Of a stretch of DNA of 64,000 nt, positions 38,631 through 51,591 are shown piece by piece. The DNA is taken from positions 8,310,001 through 8,374,000 of the forward strand of contig CM075991.1 in assembly GCA_038087875.1 (NCBI GenBank), in the 5' to 3' direction. Each line of letters starts with the position of its first letter. The first letter of the stretch is position 1. The translations under genes were made by a program, and so were the position numbers. The DNA comes from Malacoraja senta. Lineage: Eukaryota. The notes beneath the pieces were generated by a model, which did not search any database, was not told the origin of the DNA, and saw nothing but the letters and a program-made list of their open reading frames with translations.

Positions 38631-39949
38631 GGGTAACATAGAAACATAGAAAATAGGTGCAGGAGTAGGCCATTCGGCCCTTCGAGCCTGCACCACCATT
38701 CCATATGATCATGACTGATCATCCAACTCAATATCCTATACCTGCCTTCTCTCCATACCCCCTGATCCCTTTAGCCACAAGGGCCACATCTAACTCCCTC
38801 TTAAATATAGCCAACGAACTGGCCTCAACTACCTTCTGTGGCAGAGAATTCCAGAGAATTCACCACTCTCTGTGTGAATTTTTTTTTTCTCATCTAGGTA
38901 CAAACAAGTTATTCCTATGGTGGAGGAATCCTGAATAGGAGAAGCAAGGTCATTAAGATTAGTTTAGTTTAGAGATACAGCATGGAGACAGGCCGAGTCT
39001 GTGCCGACCAGCGATCCCGCACACTAACACTATCCTACACACACCCAGGGACAATTTACACTTGTACCAAGCTAATTAACCTACAAACCTTGTACAGAGG
39101 ACACCAGAGGATGACTGAACTTTGGTGCCTTCCCTCACAGTAGGAAACTTTGATCCCGCTGTGTGGGGATGTCTGTGTTAAAGACTATCGTGTTTCTGTG
39201 CTCTTTATTATCCGTATGGCTGCATGGTGACCACACATTGGTACATGTGACAATAAATGTATCTTGTCTCTCTTGTCCTTGGAATGCGGGAGGAAACCAA
39301 AGATTTCAGAGAAAGCCCACGCGGTCATGGAGAGAAGGCACAAACTCCGTACAGACAGCGCCCGTAGTCGGGATCATCTATGGCAGCATGTCGACCGCTG
39401 TGCCACACCGTGCCACCCTGGTTACAAACAAAGAGACACCAAGAGCGGGAATAACTCAGCGGGGTCAAGTAGGTCCCCTGGAGAACGTGGTTCGGTGATG
39501 TTTTGGTTCAGGATCCTTCTTCAGACTGATTGTAGTGGGAGGGGGGAGATGGGGAAGAAAGCTGGGAGAGAAAGAGAGAACAAAGTCTGGCAAGTGATAG
39601 GTGGATACTGGTAGGGGTGGGGGTTGATGGGCAAATGGTGATGGCTTTTGCAACTCCTGGACTTGTACCTATTTCTCCCTCCACTCCTCTGCCACCTGCA
39701 ATCCTTCCTCTGGCTTCACAATTCACAAACTCCCCGATGTTTATCTAACTCCTTTCGTATTTTCATCTCTGGCCTTTGTCATACATAACCTGTCCATGTT
39801 CTCCAGGGATGCTGCCTGACCTGTTGAGTTACTCCAGCACATTGAGTCCGTTTGGTTAAAACAGCATCCGCAGTTCCTTGTTTCTAAGGTTTAGCGGGCC
39901 ATAGCCAAACACAGGCAAATGGGACTAGCTTAGATGGGGCAACTTGGTC

Positions 39950-40548
39950 AATAGACAATAGACAATAGACAATAGACAATAGGTGCATGAGTAGGCCATT
40001 TGGCCCTTCGAGCCAACACCGCCATTCAATGTGATCATGGCTGATCATCCCCAATCAGTACCCCGTTCCTGCCTTCTCCCCATATCCCCTGACTCCACTA
40101 TTTTTTAAGAGCCCTATCTAGCTCTCTCTTGAAAGCATCCAGAGAACCTGCCTCCACCGCCCTCTGCGGCAGAGAATTCCACAGACTCACCACTCTCTGT
40201 GAGAAAAAGTGTTTCCACGTTTCCGTTCTAAATGGCTTACTCCTCATTGTTAAACTGTGGCCCCTGGTTCTGGATCCCCCAACATCGGGAACATGTTTCC
40301 TGCCTCTAGCGTGTCCAAACCCTTAACAATCTTATATGTTTCAATGAGATGCCTTCTCATCCTTCTAAACTCCAGAGTGTACAAGCCCAGCTGCTCCATT
40401 CTCTCAGCATATGACAGTCCCGCCATCCCGGGAATTAACCTTGTAAACCTACGCTGCACTCCCTCAATAGCAAGAATGTCCTTCCTCAAATTAGGGGACC
40501 AAACTGCTCACAATACTCCAGGTGTGGTCTCACTAGGGCCCTGTACAA
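39950..40548 (-). mobile_element. CR1 3' portion
   Basis: ORF 40250-40489 RKDILAIEGVQRRFTRLIPGM...; (CTATTGT)n tail. Confidence 0.92.
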
Positions 40549-40676
40549 TGGTCAGCATGAACATGTTGGGCAAAGGGCCCTGTTTCCTTCGGCCCAACTT
40601 GTCCACGCCGAAGTTAGACAAAAATGCTGGAGAAACTCAGCGGGTGGGCAGCATCTATGGAGCGAAGGAAATAGGC

Positions 40677-40704
40677 GACGTTTCGGGCCGAAACCCTTCT
40701 TCAG
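40677..40704 (-). ncRNA. Minimal type I hammerhead ribozyme motif
   Basis: Minus strand CTGAAGA-A-GGGT TTCG GCCC-GAAAC-GTC. Confidence 0.7.
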
Positions 40705-41693
40705 ACTGATCCATGCTGACCAAGTTGTATGACTCTATCGTCTCTTTAAGGCTGTAGTACATTCTTTGGCATGTACTATTCTGGCCTGGTTTACGGAGAA
40801 AAGCTGCTCAGTTATTGTATATTTATTGCTGGTGCTGCATTTAACGTGTCTGTGAAGCTGCTGCAGGTAAGGGGGGTTTCTTTGTGGTGGTCCTGATGCT
40901 TCCTGCAGCCAACGCAGCGAGCCTCCAAGGGCGCGGGGATGTTAAACCCTCAGCCCGCTCGCCGGCATCTCTCCCGTCCAAAGCCGCCATGTGAAAAAGG
41001 CGATGATCAACACTTTCACTTTAGACAATAGACAATAGGTGCAGGAGTAGGTCATTCGGCCCTTCGAGCCAGCTATTCACACTGAACCAACACCAATTCC
41101 ATTTGAGACCAGGCTCCCTCTTAGAATAAAGGGGAGGCCATTTAAGACTGAGGTGAGAAAAAACGTTTCCACCCAGAGAGTTGTGAATTTATGGAATTCC
41201 CTGCCACAGAGGGCAGTGGAGGCCAAGTCACTCGATGGATTTAAGAGAGAGTTAGATAGAGCTCTAGGGGCTAGTGGAGTCAAGGGATATGGGGAGAAGG
41301 CAGGCACGGGTTATTGATAGGGGCCGATCAGCCATGATCACAATGAGTTCAAAGGGCCGAATGGCCTCCTCCTGCAAATATTTTCTATGTTTCTATGGGT
41401 GGGGGAGGGTCAGAGAGAGAGAGAGAGATGGGATGGACCCTTGCATCCCCCCCTCTCTCTGTCTCTCTTGCATCCCCTCTCTCTCCATCCCTCTCCCATC
41501 CAAGTCGTTGTATCAGCTTCAAAGTTGTCTTGTTGAGTCTCATTGTCTTTAACTCATTTTCACCTAGCCTATAGCTAACAATGGCCTGTTTCCTTCATTA
41601 TCGTTACTTTTCTGCATATCGTTCATTCCTTTGTTCTGTACCTCTCTATATCACCGTCTATTTCTCTCATTTCCCTTTCCCCTGGCTCTCAGT

Positions 41694-41721
41694 CTGAAGA
41701 AGGGTCTCGACCCGAAACGTC
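41694..41721 (+). ncRNA. Minimal type I hammerhead ribozyme motif
   Basis: CTGAAGA-A-GGGT CTCG ACCC-GAAAC-GTC. Confidence 0.72.
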
Positions 41722-42151
41722 ACCTATTCCCTTTTCTCCAGAGATGCTGTCTGGCCCGCTGAGTGACTCCAGCTTTTTGTGTCTGTCTTCGGTTTCCACC
41801 AGCATCTGCAGTTCCCTCCCGCGCAAGTGTTGGAGACGTGGCGGACTGCTGCGTTCGCCCGACCTTTGTGCATCTGTCTTTCTCCTTAACGTCGAGACCG
41901 CTGGAACTCAGAGCAGTATCAGGATGCCAGGTTTGATATTGCATTTCGCCAGTAGAAATGGATTTACCAAACAGGCTCCCGTAAAATTTACAACATAATA
42001 AAACTAAACGGGGAAAATAATCAACGATGGTTCCATAAAACGGAGCACACTTTCCCTCTCCCCGCCTGCCAGCTATGAATCATTTGGAGATACTTTCATG
42101 GTTTTTGCCACTTCGCTAATGAAAAGGGTTAAAAAAAAAGGCTTGCACTCC

Positions 42152-42220
42152 TGAATGTTCCAAAGTGTTTTGCAGCCAATTAAATATTTTTGACATGTAG
42201 TCACTATAGTAATGCAGGGA
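42152..42220 (-). mobile_element. Deu-domain SINE remnant
   Basis: CCAAAGTGTTTTGCAGCCAATTAAATATTTTTGACATGTAGTCACTATAGTAATGCAGG resembles the antisense Deu/3' region. Confidence 0.55.
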
Positions 42221-42525
42221 AAAAGGGAAAAAAAAAGTATTTTTCGTTCCAAAAATTCAGTATTGAATTCAACATCGTCTCGCATGCCAAGATTGTCTAA
42301 ATCTTCTTCGAAGTAGGATTGTGGAATCTTGCGTGATTACGGGTGGCGCAGCGGTAGAGCTACTGCCTTACAGCGCCAGAGATCCAGGTTGGATCCTGAC
42401 TACGGGTGCTTGTCTGTACAGAGTTAGTACGTTCTCCCCGTGACACTCCAAAGACGTACAGGTTTGTCGGTTTAATTGTCTTCGTATGAATGTAAAAATT
42501 GTTGCTAGTGCGTGGGATCGTGTGA

Positions 42526-42736
42526 AGGGCCTGTCCCACTTGGGTGTCATTTGCACGTCACGCAGGTGGCGCGCGAGGATTTTAAGCATCCCAAAATCCC
42601 GGGGCGCCGTGCGCTCACCGCGCGTCACTGCCTACGCCACCACGTCTCACCACGACTATGCGCGCGTCTTGCGTCGTGACGTGTAAATGATGCTGCGTAA
42701 ATGACGCGCAAATAACGCCCAAGTGGGACAGGCCCT
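42526..42736. mobile_element. PIF/Harbinger-like MITE (about 210 bp) inserted in an HE1 SINE (42340-42820)
   Basis: TGA|AGGGCCTGTCCCACTTGGG...CCCAAGTGGGACAGGCCCT|TTA. Confidence 0.85.
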
Positions 42737-43607
42737 TTAGTGTAAGGGGATCGCTGGTCGGTGCGGGCTCAGTGGGCCGAAAGGCCTGTTTTCCTGTCTC
42801 TAAACTAAACTACACTAAACAAAAAACTGCAAAACCTTTTCATACATTCTCAGTGTCTATACATTTAATAGTGTCGTAATCAGTAGTGTGTGCGCCTATC
42901 GTTAAACAAAACACCCATGGCACTTAGTAGTGGTAAAAAAAGGAGCTGCAGATGCTGGTTTGCACAAAAGGACACAAAGTGCTGGAGTAACTCAGCTGGT
43001 CAGGCAGCGACTCTGGATGGCCAGCATCTACAGTTCCTTTCTGCACAATGCTTCATGGGAAAACAGTCGCAATAGGAGGAGGGAGTGGACATGATATCTT
43101 AAAGATACAGGCCCTTCGGCCCACCGAGTCTGCGCCGACCAGTGATCCCCGCACACCAACACAAGCCTACACACAATTTACACTTATGCCAAGTATACAA
43201 ACCCAAGCCAATTAACCCACAAAATTGTACGTCTTTGGAGTGTGGGAGGAAACCGAAGATCTCGGAGAAAACCCACGCAGGTCACGGGGAGAACGCACAA
43301 ACTCCGTACAGACAGCACCCGTGGTCGGGATCGAACCCAGGTCGCTGCCGCTGCAATCGCTGTAAGGCAGCAACTCTACCGCTGCGCTGCCTGTAGAGGG
43401 ATCGATTGATTTTTATTGTGACGGAAGAGGAGGAAATGGAGCCGGTTTTATTTCCACTGAGATTCCCAGATGGTAGGAAAACTAAACAAGAGGAGGTGTG
43501 CCTCAGGGCAAGAGATATACCCAATGAAGGTGGAAATGGGTGTTCATCCAGGAAGGCGTGGAGAGGGCTTTGGAATATTAAAAGACCATTTGCTGGTGTT
43601 TGAATTC

Positions 43608-44305
43608 ATTCCAGCATAATCAAGGGCCAGTCTAACCCAGGTCACTCCCTCTTCTCCCCTCTCCCATCAGGCAAGTGGTACAGATGTTTGAAAACGCACA
43701 CCTCCAGATTCAGGGATAGTTTCATCCCAGTTGTTATCAGGCAACTGAACCGTCCTCTCGCCAACTAGAGAGTGGTCCTGACCTCCCATCTACTTCAATT
43801 AGAAAGCAGCCCCAACCCACCATTATTGGAGACCCTCGTACTATCTTTAACAAGACCTTACTGGACTTAATGTTGCATTAAACATTATTCCCTTTATCCT
43901 GTATCCATCAACTGGGGATGGCTCAATTGTAATCATGTGTAGTCTGTTTAATGCAAGATAAAGTCCAGCAAAGTCCAATTAGAGATCGTTCAAAGGTCTC
44001 CATTGAGGTAGATGGGAGGTCAGGACTTTTTGGTGAGAGGACGGTTCAGTTGCCTGACAACAGCTGGGATAAAACTGGCCCTGAATCTGGAGGTGTGCGT
44101 TTTCTAACTTCTGTAACTCTTGCCTGATGGGAGAGGGGAGAAGAGGGAGTGACCGGGGGTGAGACTGGTCCTTGATGATGCCGCTGGCCTTGCCGAGGCA
44201 GCGTGAAGTGTGGATGGAAGTCAGTGTTTCACGTGATGGACCGAGCTGCGTACAGAACTCTCCGCAATTTCTTGCGGTCTTGGATGGAGCTGTTCCCAAA
44301 CCATG
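43608..44305. mobile_element. Two Rex1-like 3' fragments in tail-to-tail inverted arrangement
   Basis: Plus copy 43608-43947 and minus copy 43948-44305 (SRCLGKASGIIKDQSHP) share about 280 bp. Confidence 0.8.
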
Positions 44306-44475
44306 TAATAAAGATTAGTATTCTTCTTGGTCTGGGTGCCAAGCGAATTGGTTTTGAACCAACATTCAGCAAGGTGACAAGCAACGAATAATGCAAGGAA
44401 TGTTTTTCCTCATATCCATCTTTGCATCAATTGTGGTGATAAAAGTAAATGATAAAGGCGGGATCACGTACTACT

Positions 44476-45124
44476 CTGTTCGATGACGTTGAGCTTGGCG
44501 GTGGTAAGGCCTTCAACGTGGCGCTAAACCTCGACAGTTGGCGGCATTTAACGGAGGCATGGCTTCCTGCGGTCTGCAAACGCGGTAAAGACATTGGTTT
44601 CGCTTTGTGGGCTTATGAGCCTGTAAGCTACTTGTGGAGGAGGCCACGTAGAGGCTGTCTTTGTCTCCCCCAACGACACCATGACGAGTGCGCCTCAAGT
44701 CAAGGCGCCCCTTTGCCACGCAAGCCCAAGGGCTGCTCTGCACAACACCGGCTGACGCTTCCAAGGCCGCCTGGGTCAAGACGAGGTGGGGAGACCAGTG
44801 GAAGTCAGCGGAACCATCTAGGCTATACCATTACATCAATGACCCCATGGACGTCCCTGGCCAGGACCTGCCCCGAAAGCAGTGGACAACCCTCAACCGC
44901 TTGAGGACAGGCGTCGGACGCTATGGAGTAGCGATGAAGAGGTGGGGCCTCGTGGACAGCGAGTGCCTCCTGCGAGTGTGGGGACCCAACACAGACAGTG
45001 GAGCCCACACATAGTCACCAGTTGCCCCAAACACCGGCCACCGAATGGTGAACGAGGTCGATGACACGTTGGCCTGGCTCGCCTCAACGGAGCTGCAGGT
45101 CTAAAAGACACACGACAGAAGACT
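44476..45124 (+). mobile_element. Vingi/Ingi-like non-LTR retroelement, internally deleted
   Basis: RLKSRRPF...PGQDLPRKQWTTLNRLRTGVGR...MKRWGL, then frameshifted CECGDPTQTV..HIVTSCP (CCHC); ends CACACGACAGAAGAC; TACTACT at 44469-44475 and 45125-45131. Confidence 0.78.
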
Positions 45125-47439
45125 TACTACTAACGACGATTATCTCTAGTTCATTTACGCCCTTCTCCTGCGTTTAGTTTGGCTTACTTTAAAGATACAG
45201 CACAGAAACAGGCCATTCGGCCCACCGATTCCATGCCGACCAGCGATCCCCATACACTAGCTTTGTCCTACGCACTGGGGATAATTGACAATTTACAGAA
45301 GGCAATTAACCTGCACGTCTTTGGGACGTGCGAGGAAACCGGAGCACTTGGGGAAAACCCACGCAGGTCACGGGGAGAACATGCAAACTCTGTACAGACA
45401 GCACCGGGAGTCAGGTCTGTGGCGCTGTGAGGCAGCAACTCTACCATTGCGCCACCGTGCCGCCCCCCACTTATTGAGTCCCAACGGCCACAACTGCTCT
45501 GCTTCTGGTTCGTTTAAGGCCTTCTCCTGCAGCTTCATGTTAATTGGGGATTAGCCAGGTGGAGCTCCTCTGGATGCCAACCATTGCAGAAACACTGTGT
45601 TTGTTTTGATCACCTTCCCCCATCTATGGTTGGCATTTTTACGATGTATAATGTTAAATCAGCTGAATTTTGAACAATAATGCTTCAGTTAAACGAAGCC
45701 AATGAAAATCGAGTCCTGGCTCTCCACGCAGCTCCTTATGTGACCATAGCTAAACACCATCATCAAGTAGGGAAAACCAAAGGAACATTTCTGAACTTTC
45801 TCCACTGCTTGGATTTGGGATGTGTAGGAAATTTACCATGGAGGTGGAGTTGTTTATAAGCCAGCACCCACTATCCTCTGAGTAGCAGAGTTGATTGCCA
45901 AGAGAACAGGGTGGCACAGTGGCACAGCCGGTAGAACCACTGCCTCACGGCACCAGAGACCCGGGTTCGATCCTGACCTCGGTTGCTGCCTGTGCGGAGT
46001 TTGTATGTTCTCCCTGTGACCACATGGGAGGAAACCGGAGCATCCGGAGATACCCACATCCCAAAGACATGCGGGTTTGTGGGTTAATTGGCTTGGTAGA
46101 AGTGTAAAATTGTCTCGAGTGTGTGTAGGATAGTGTTAGCGTGCGGGGATCGCTGGTCGGTGCGGACTCGGTGGGCCTGTTTCTGCACTGCATATCTTAA
46201 CTAAACTAAAATATCTCAAAGACATGAGAGTTTGTGGGTGAATTGGTCTCTTTGTGAATTTTCCCCAGTGTGTAGGGTGTAGGTGAGAAAGTAGGACATC
46301 ATCGAACTAGTGCTCGGGTGATCGATGGTCGGCATGGACTCAGTGGGCTGAAGGGCCTGTTTCCACGCGGTATCTCTAAAATGTAACTGCTACAAGGCTG
46401 CACACAGGGAAAAGGACAAGGATCGGTTAAAACTCTCGATCAATGTGGGTGAAGTATCGGACAGAACACAAAGGTTTCTTGATCATCTGCCTGAGATGAA
46501 CCTAAGACATATCAGTCGAATTCGACCATTAGGCCCATCAAGTCTACTCTGCCATTCAATCATGGCCGATGTATTTTCTTCAGCCTGTACCTTGAAATAC
46601 CTTTAGTTTCCCTCTCCCCCGACTCTCAGTCTGAAGAAGGGTCTCGACTCTAAACGTCGCCTAATCCTTTTCTCCAGAGATGCTGCCTGACCCGCTGAGT
46701 TGCTCCAGCACTTTGTGTCTAATCTTCAGTGTAAACCTGCATGTGCAGTTCTTCCTACGCGCAACTGAACACGGGCTCAGTTTTCCCACTGCACACAGCC
46801 AGCCAGGGAAAGATATGGTCATCAGAGCGGCTGCAGTGAACACGTCCACGTTATCTTCCTTTTTGGCTTGAGTGAAGTGTTCTATTTTGGTGTTGAAACA
46901 GTTTCGAGGCCACAGTGAGAAAAGCATTCCTGCAGTGAAGCCCTGGACTGTGTACGAGTGTTACACGGAGTAACACAGCGGGGACAGGCAGCATCTCTGG
47001 AGAGAAGGAATGGGTGACGTTTCAGGTCGAGACCCTTCTTCAGACACAAGAATGTTACACTATCGGGCTGACATTCCTGCATCTCCACTGCTACTCTGTG
47101 GACCATTGTGGGCTCCTTGGCCATCGGTGCCGGCTCTGACTTATGCTGCACCTTTTCATGCCTCTAGTTTACAAGATGATCAAACATTAACCAGGAGTTT
47201 AGAGACAATGCTCTGGTCTTTGTGTAGTTTTCCAATTCTCCTGAGGGAACATATATCTGACTGTTGAACTCTCTCTGCCTGTTTTGCGCTGGATGTGAGC
47301 ATTATGGTGCTGAACAGAACACATTGCGGTATGACTCAGAGCCAAGAGTCATCGATGGAACTTAAAATCCTGGTGCAGCAGATTATAAATAGAAGATGAT
47401 TTTACGTAAATTAATTCGCACCTTTCTCTTCCACTCTTC

Positions 47440-47925
47440 TGTGTAAGACGGAAGGAGAAGGTCAAGCTGGAAAAATGGTGCAGAGATGATTTGCGAGGAT
47501 GTTGCCAGGACTCGAGGATCTGAGCTACGTACAGGGAGAGGTTGAGCAGGCTAGGACTCTATTTCTTTGAGCGCAGGAGGATGAGGGGGGAATCCCCATA
47601 GAGGTGTATAAGGCCATGAGAGGAACAGATCGGTTAGACGCACAGAGTCTCTTGCCAAGATTAGGGGAATGAGAACCAGCGGACACAGGTTTAAGGTGAG
47701 GGGGGAGAGATTTAATAGGAACCTGAGGGGTAACTTTTTCACACAAACAGTGGTGGGTGTATGGAATGAGCTACCGGAGCAGGTAGTTGAAGATACATTT
47801 GCACAGGTTCATGGATAGGACAGGTTTAGAGGGATATTGGCCAAACATAGGCAGGTGGGACTACAGTAGATGGGGAATGTTGGTCGGTGTGAGTAAGTAG
47901 GACTGAAGGGCCTGTTTCCATGCTC
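47440..47925 (+). mobile_element. CR1 3' end of the subfamily sharing its tail with the HE1 SINE
   Basis: Ends GGACTGAAGGGCCTGTTTCCATGCT, similar to the SINE 3' end. Confidence 0.8.
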
Positions 47926-48960
47926 ATTTACTATATATGGCTCTATTTTCCTTATGAGTTGCAAACCTGTTCTGGTATAATAGACCCGGCTAGCATTGCT
48001 TGAAGTAAGGCACAAAAAGCTGGAGTAACTCAGCAGGACAGGCAGCATCTCTGGCGAGAAGGAATGGGTGACGTTTCGGGTCGAGACTCTTGTTCAGTCT
48101 CACCCCGAAACGTCACCCATTCCTTCCCTCCGGAGATGCTGCCTGTCCCGCTGAGTTACTCCGGCATTTTGGGTCTATCTTCGGTTTAAACCAGCACCTG
48201 CAGTTCCTTCCTACGCACATTGTTTTGAAGTATGTCTGGTTCATTCTGCTCATGAATAACAAGGGCGAATGATTGTTTGTGGTTTCAGATGGAACAAGGG
48301 AGGTTGGAATGATTTATTTATGGAATAATGAAAGTGCAGGATTGAATTAAGGGCTGGAATCTAATGGGAGTGTGTGTGTGTGTGTGGGGGGGGGGGGAGG
48401 AAAGTTTACAAAAGCAGGTAAATGGAAAAATAATTATGAGGGTCAAAATAAATAAACATGGGCTTAAAAAGGTAACTAGTTTAGAAGATTAATTATACAA
48501 GAGGGAAAAATATTTGAGTCTGTTATTCATCTGCTCACAATGGCCCCGAACACCTAGCCCACAGCTAACAGTGGCTTCTTTGCTTTTTTGCATATCTTTC
48601 ACTCATTTAGACAATAGACAATAGACAATAGGTGCAGGAGTAGGCATTCAGCCCTTCGAGCCAGCACCGCCATTCAATGTGATCATGGCTGATCATCCCC
48701 AATCAGTACCCCGTTCCTGCCTTCTCCCCATATCCCCCTGACTCCACTATTTTTAAGAGCCCTATCTAGCTCTCTCTTGAAAGCATCCAGAGAACCTGCC
48801 TCCACTGCCCTCTGAGGCAGAGAATTTGTTCCATGTCTCTCTGTATCATCGTCTATATCCCTCGTTTCCCTTTTCCCCGACTTTCAGTCTGAAGAAGGGT
48901 CTCCACCCGAAATGTCACCCATTCTTTCTCTGCAGAGATGCTGCCTGGCCCGCTGAGTTG

Positions 48961-49186
48961 AAGGCCTGTCCCACCTTCACCACCTAATTCACGACCTTTT
49001 TTACTCGTGGACATTTTTCATCAGGCTAGAAAAAAACGCCCGACCTACTTGAGCCACGAGTACCTACGACTAGCATCACGACCTACCTACGACCTCCTAC
49101 GACCTCGTGTCGACCATGCTGCGAGTATGAATCAAGGGCAAATTCAACAGAGGTCGTGAATTAGGTCGTGAAAGTGGGACAGGCTG
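48961..49186. mobile_element. PIF/Harbinger-like MITE (third subfamily) inside a PLE fragment
   Basis: GGCCTGTCCCACCTTCACCACCTAATTCACGACC / GGTCGTGAATTAGGTCGTGAAAGTGGGACAGGC. Confidence 0.82.
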
Positions 49187-49434
49187 TTAACTCCAGCTTT
49201 TCATGTCTACCTTTGGTCCCCAAATTGCAATTGTGTTGAAAATCAGGTGGCTGGGCTTTGTTCCCTGTGAAGCTGAGAAATGTTACAGCAGGTTATATAG
49301 TTTGTGGACAAAAGCATGAATATTTTAGATAAGGCAGCAGATCGGTACCCAGAGGTCACACATCCAACACGACTGGTAACGGAACCAAAGGAAGTATAAA
49401 GAAACATTTTACACCGCTCCGAATTGCAAACTTA

Positions 49435-49735
49435 AACCCTGTCCCACGGTACCAGTTCATTCCAAGAGCTCTCCCAAGTTTAAAAAAAATCAAACTCGTG
49501 GTAAGCACGGAGAATGAACGTAGCGGGTACGTCGGAGCTCGGGGACGTCTCTTAGCGGCTCGTAACGCTAACGGCAGGTAAGCACGGGAAGACTCGTGAA
49601 GATTTTTCAACATGATGAAAATTGTCCACGAGAGCATCGAGTACCGACGAGCGGCCATTACCGTAAAATCTCCGAGTTCGAATCGGGCAAACGCGGGAGA
49701 GCTCTTGGAATGAACTCGTACCGTGGGACAGGGCT
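49435..49735. mobile_element. PIF/Harbinger-like MITE (about 320-bp subfamily)
   Basis: Same TIR and body as 26130 and 31214. Confidence 0.82.
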
Positions 49736-50398
49736 TTTATGGCCTCATTGAGACTTGGCGAATTTGTGAAAGGCCTGGATAGAGTGGATGTGGAGAGGAT
49801 GTTTCCACTCTAGGACCAGAGCGCACAGCCTCAGAATAAAGAATGGATGAGGAGGAATTTATTTAGTCAGAGGGTGGTGAATCTGTGGAAGGATGTGGAG
49901 GACAAATCATTGGGTATTTTTAGGGCAGAGATTGACAGATTCTTGATTAGTTATAGTGTCAGGGGGTGTGGGGAGGAGGCAGGAGGATGGGGTTGAGAGG
50001 GAGAGATAGATCAGCCATGGTTGAGTGGACGATGTACAGGCAGATGAGATCAGTTGAACTTGGCATCATGTCGGGCACAACATAGCGGGCCGAAGGGCCC
50101 TTCCTGACCGTTACTGTTATGTGTTCAACGTTAAACTGAATCTTACTATTTATTTCACCCGAAGGTCTCAACAGGGTCTCCATTCAAAGAGATGATCATT
50201 CTTCGCAACTAACATCATGAGTACTGCTCCAGTTGCTTGTTCCTGGATCAAACACAAATCCGACTGCTATAATTTAATTGAAAGCAATTATCCAGATTTA
50301 GTTCTTCTTTCGTGGAAAATGACACTGCAAGATCACCTTCAACCAGCTGAGTCTAAGTGGTGTATGAGTGGTCTATCTATAGAATAAAGAATACCTCT

Positions 50399-50752
50399 GT
50401 GGGAGGGAGGGGAGAGGGGTAGAGAGAGGGGGGGGAAGAGAAAGGGGGGGTGACAGAGAGAGAGAGAGAGAGGAGGAGGGGGGAAGAAAGGGGGTAGAGA
50501 AGGGGGGAGAGGATGGGAGAGAGAGAGAGGGGAGGGGATACAGAGGGGAGAGAGAGAGGGGGGAGAGAGGGGATAGGCAGAGGGGGAGGAAGAGGGAGAG
50601 GGGTGAGAGGGGGGAAGAGAGGGGGAGGAGAGGAGAGGGGGAGAGAGAGGGGGGTGAGAGAGAAAGAGAATGAGAGAGAGAAAGAGAGAAAGAGCGAAAG
50701 AGAAAGAGAGAGAGAGAGAGAGAAAGGGAGAGAGAGAGAGAGAGAGTGGGAG
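50399..50752. repeat. Polypurine (GA/GGA)n tract
   Basis: About 350 bp almost entirely A/G. Confidence 0.95.
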
Positions 50753-51192
50753 ATTTGCAGGCTGTAATCTAATCAAGCTAATACCCAAAAGCATTAAGCC
50801 AATGTTACTAGGTTTCCTTGTTTAAACCTGATACCTTCAATGTGGAAAGCATCCCAAGGTAGTGAGCAGAGAACGAACAGATGGTGACGCATCAGAGGAA
50901 GTCAGTATATATACATCCTCTTATATAGAGGTATAAATAATAACTTATATACAAGTCATTAGCTTCAGCAAAGCTTGCAGCGTGATACCAGCAAATGGTT
51001 CATGCGACTACAAGCTGTGATATTCCTGTATTCTGGGAATATTGAATGGCCTCTAACAGTGTTACACCTCCTTACCTTTGAGAACCGGCACGTCGCTGGC
51101 AGCGAACAAAGGTTGCAATTTTGGTGCTGATTTACACAACTCACTGACTGCAAGTGACATCTGCCACGGTGCAGAGGAATGGCCACGGACAG

Positions 51193-51591
51193 CACAGATC
51201 CTATAGCGGAGCAAGATAGACCACTCCTGCTAAATGCAATGGGCTGACGTGTAGTACGCAACGGAACGGAACGTGGGCCTTTGTTTCATCCATTTCAGTA
51301 ACCCGACCCGACCCGACCCAACTCGCAGTGTAATCAACGTTGCGGGGGACCAGTTTGTGTTAATAAATTAAAATTCTGAAAATGAGGAGAAGATTTTTAC
51401 CAAAGAACTTTTATTTTTACGAGGATGTTTCCGTAACCGGCTTCCGTCTCCGCACTAGTATCTTTGCGATCTTTGGTGCGGAGACGGAAGCCGGTTACGG
51501 AAATGGGGCCGAAAATTACCCATGAATCTGCCCATGACCGTACTACGTCTTTTTCGTCGAGTGGACTATCTTGCTCGCTATAGGGTCTTTG
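51193..51591. mobile_element. P-superfamily-like MITE with an internal 28-bp perfect palindrome
   Basis: TIR CACAGATCCTATAGCGGAGCAAGATAGACCACTC vs reverse complement CAAAGACCCTATAGCGAGCAAGATAGTCCACTC; flanks ACGGACAG / ACGGAGAC (6/8). Confidence 0.7.
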
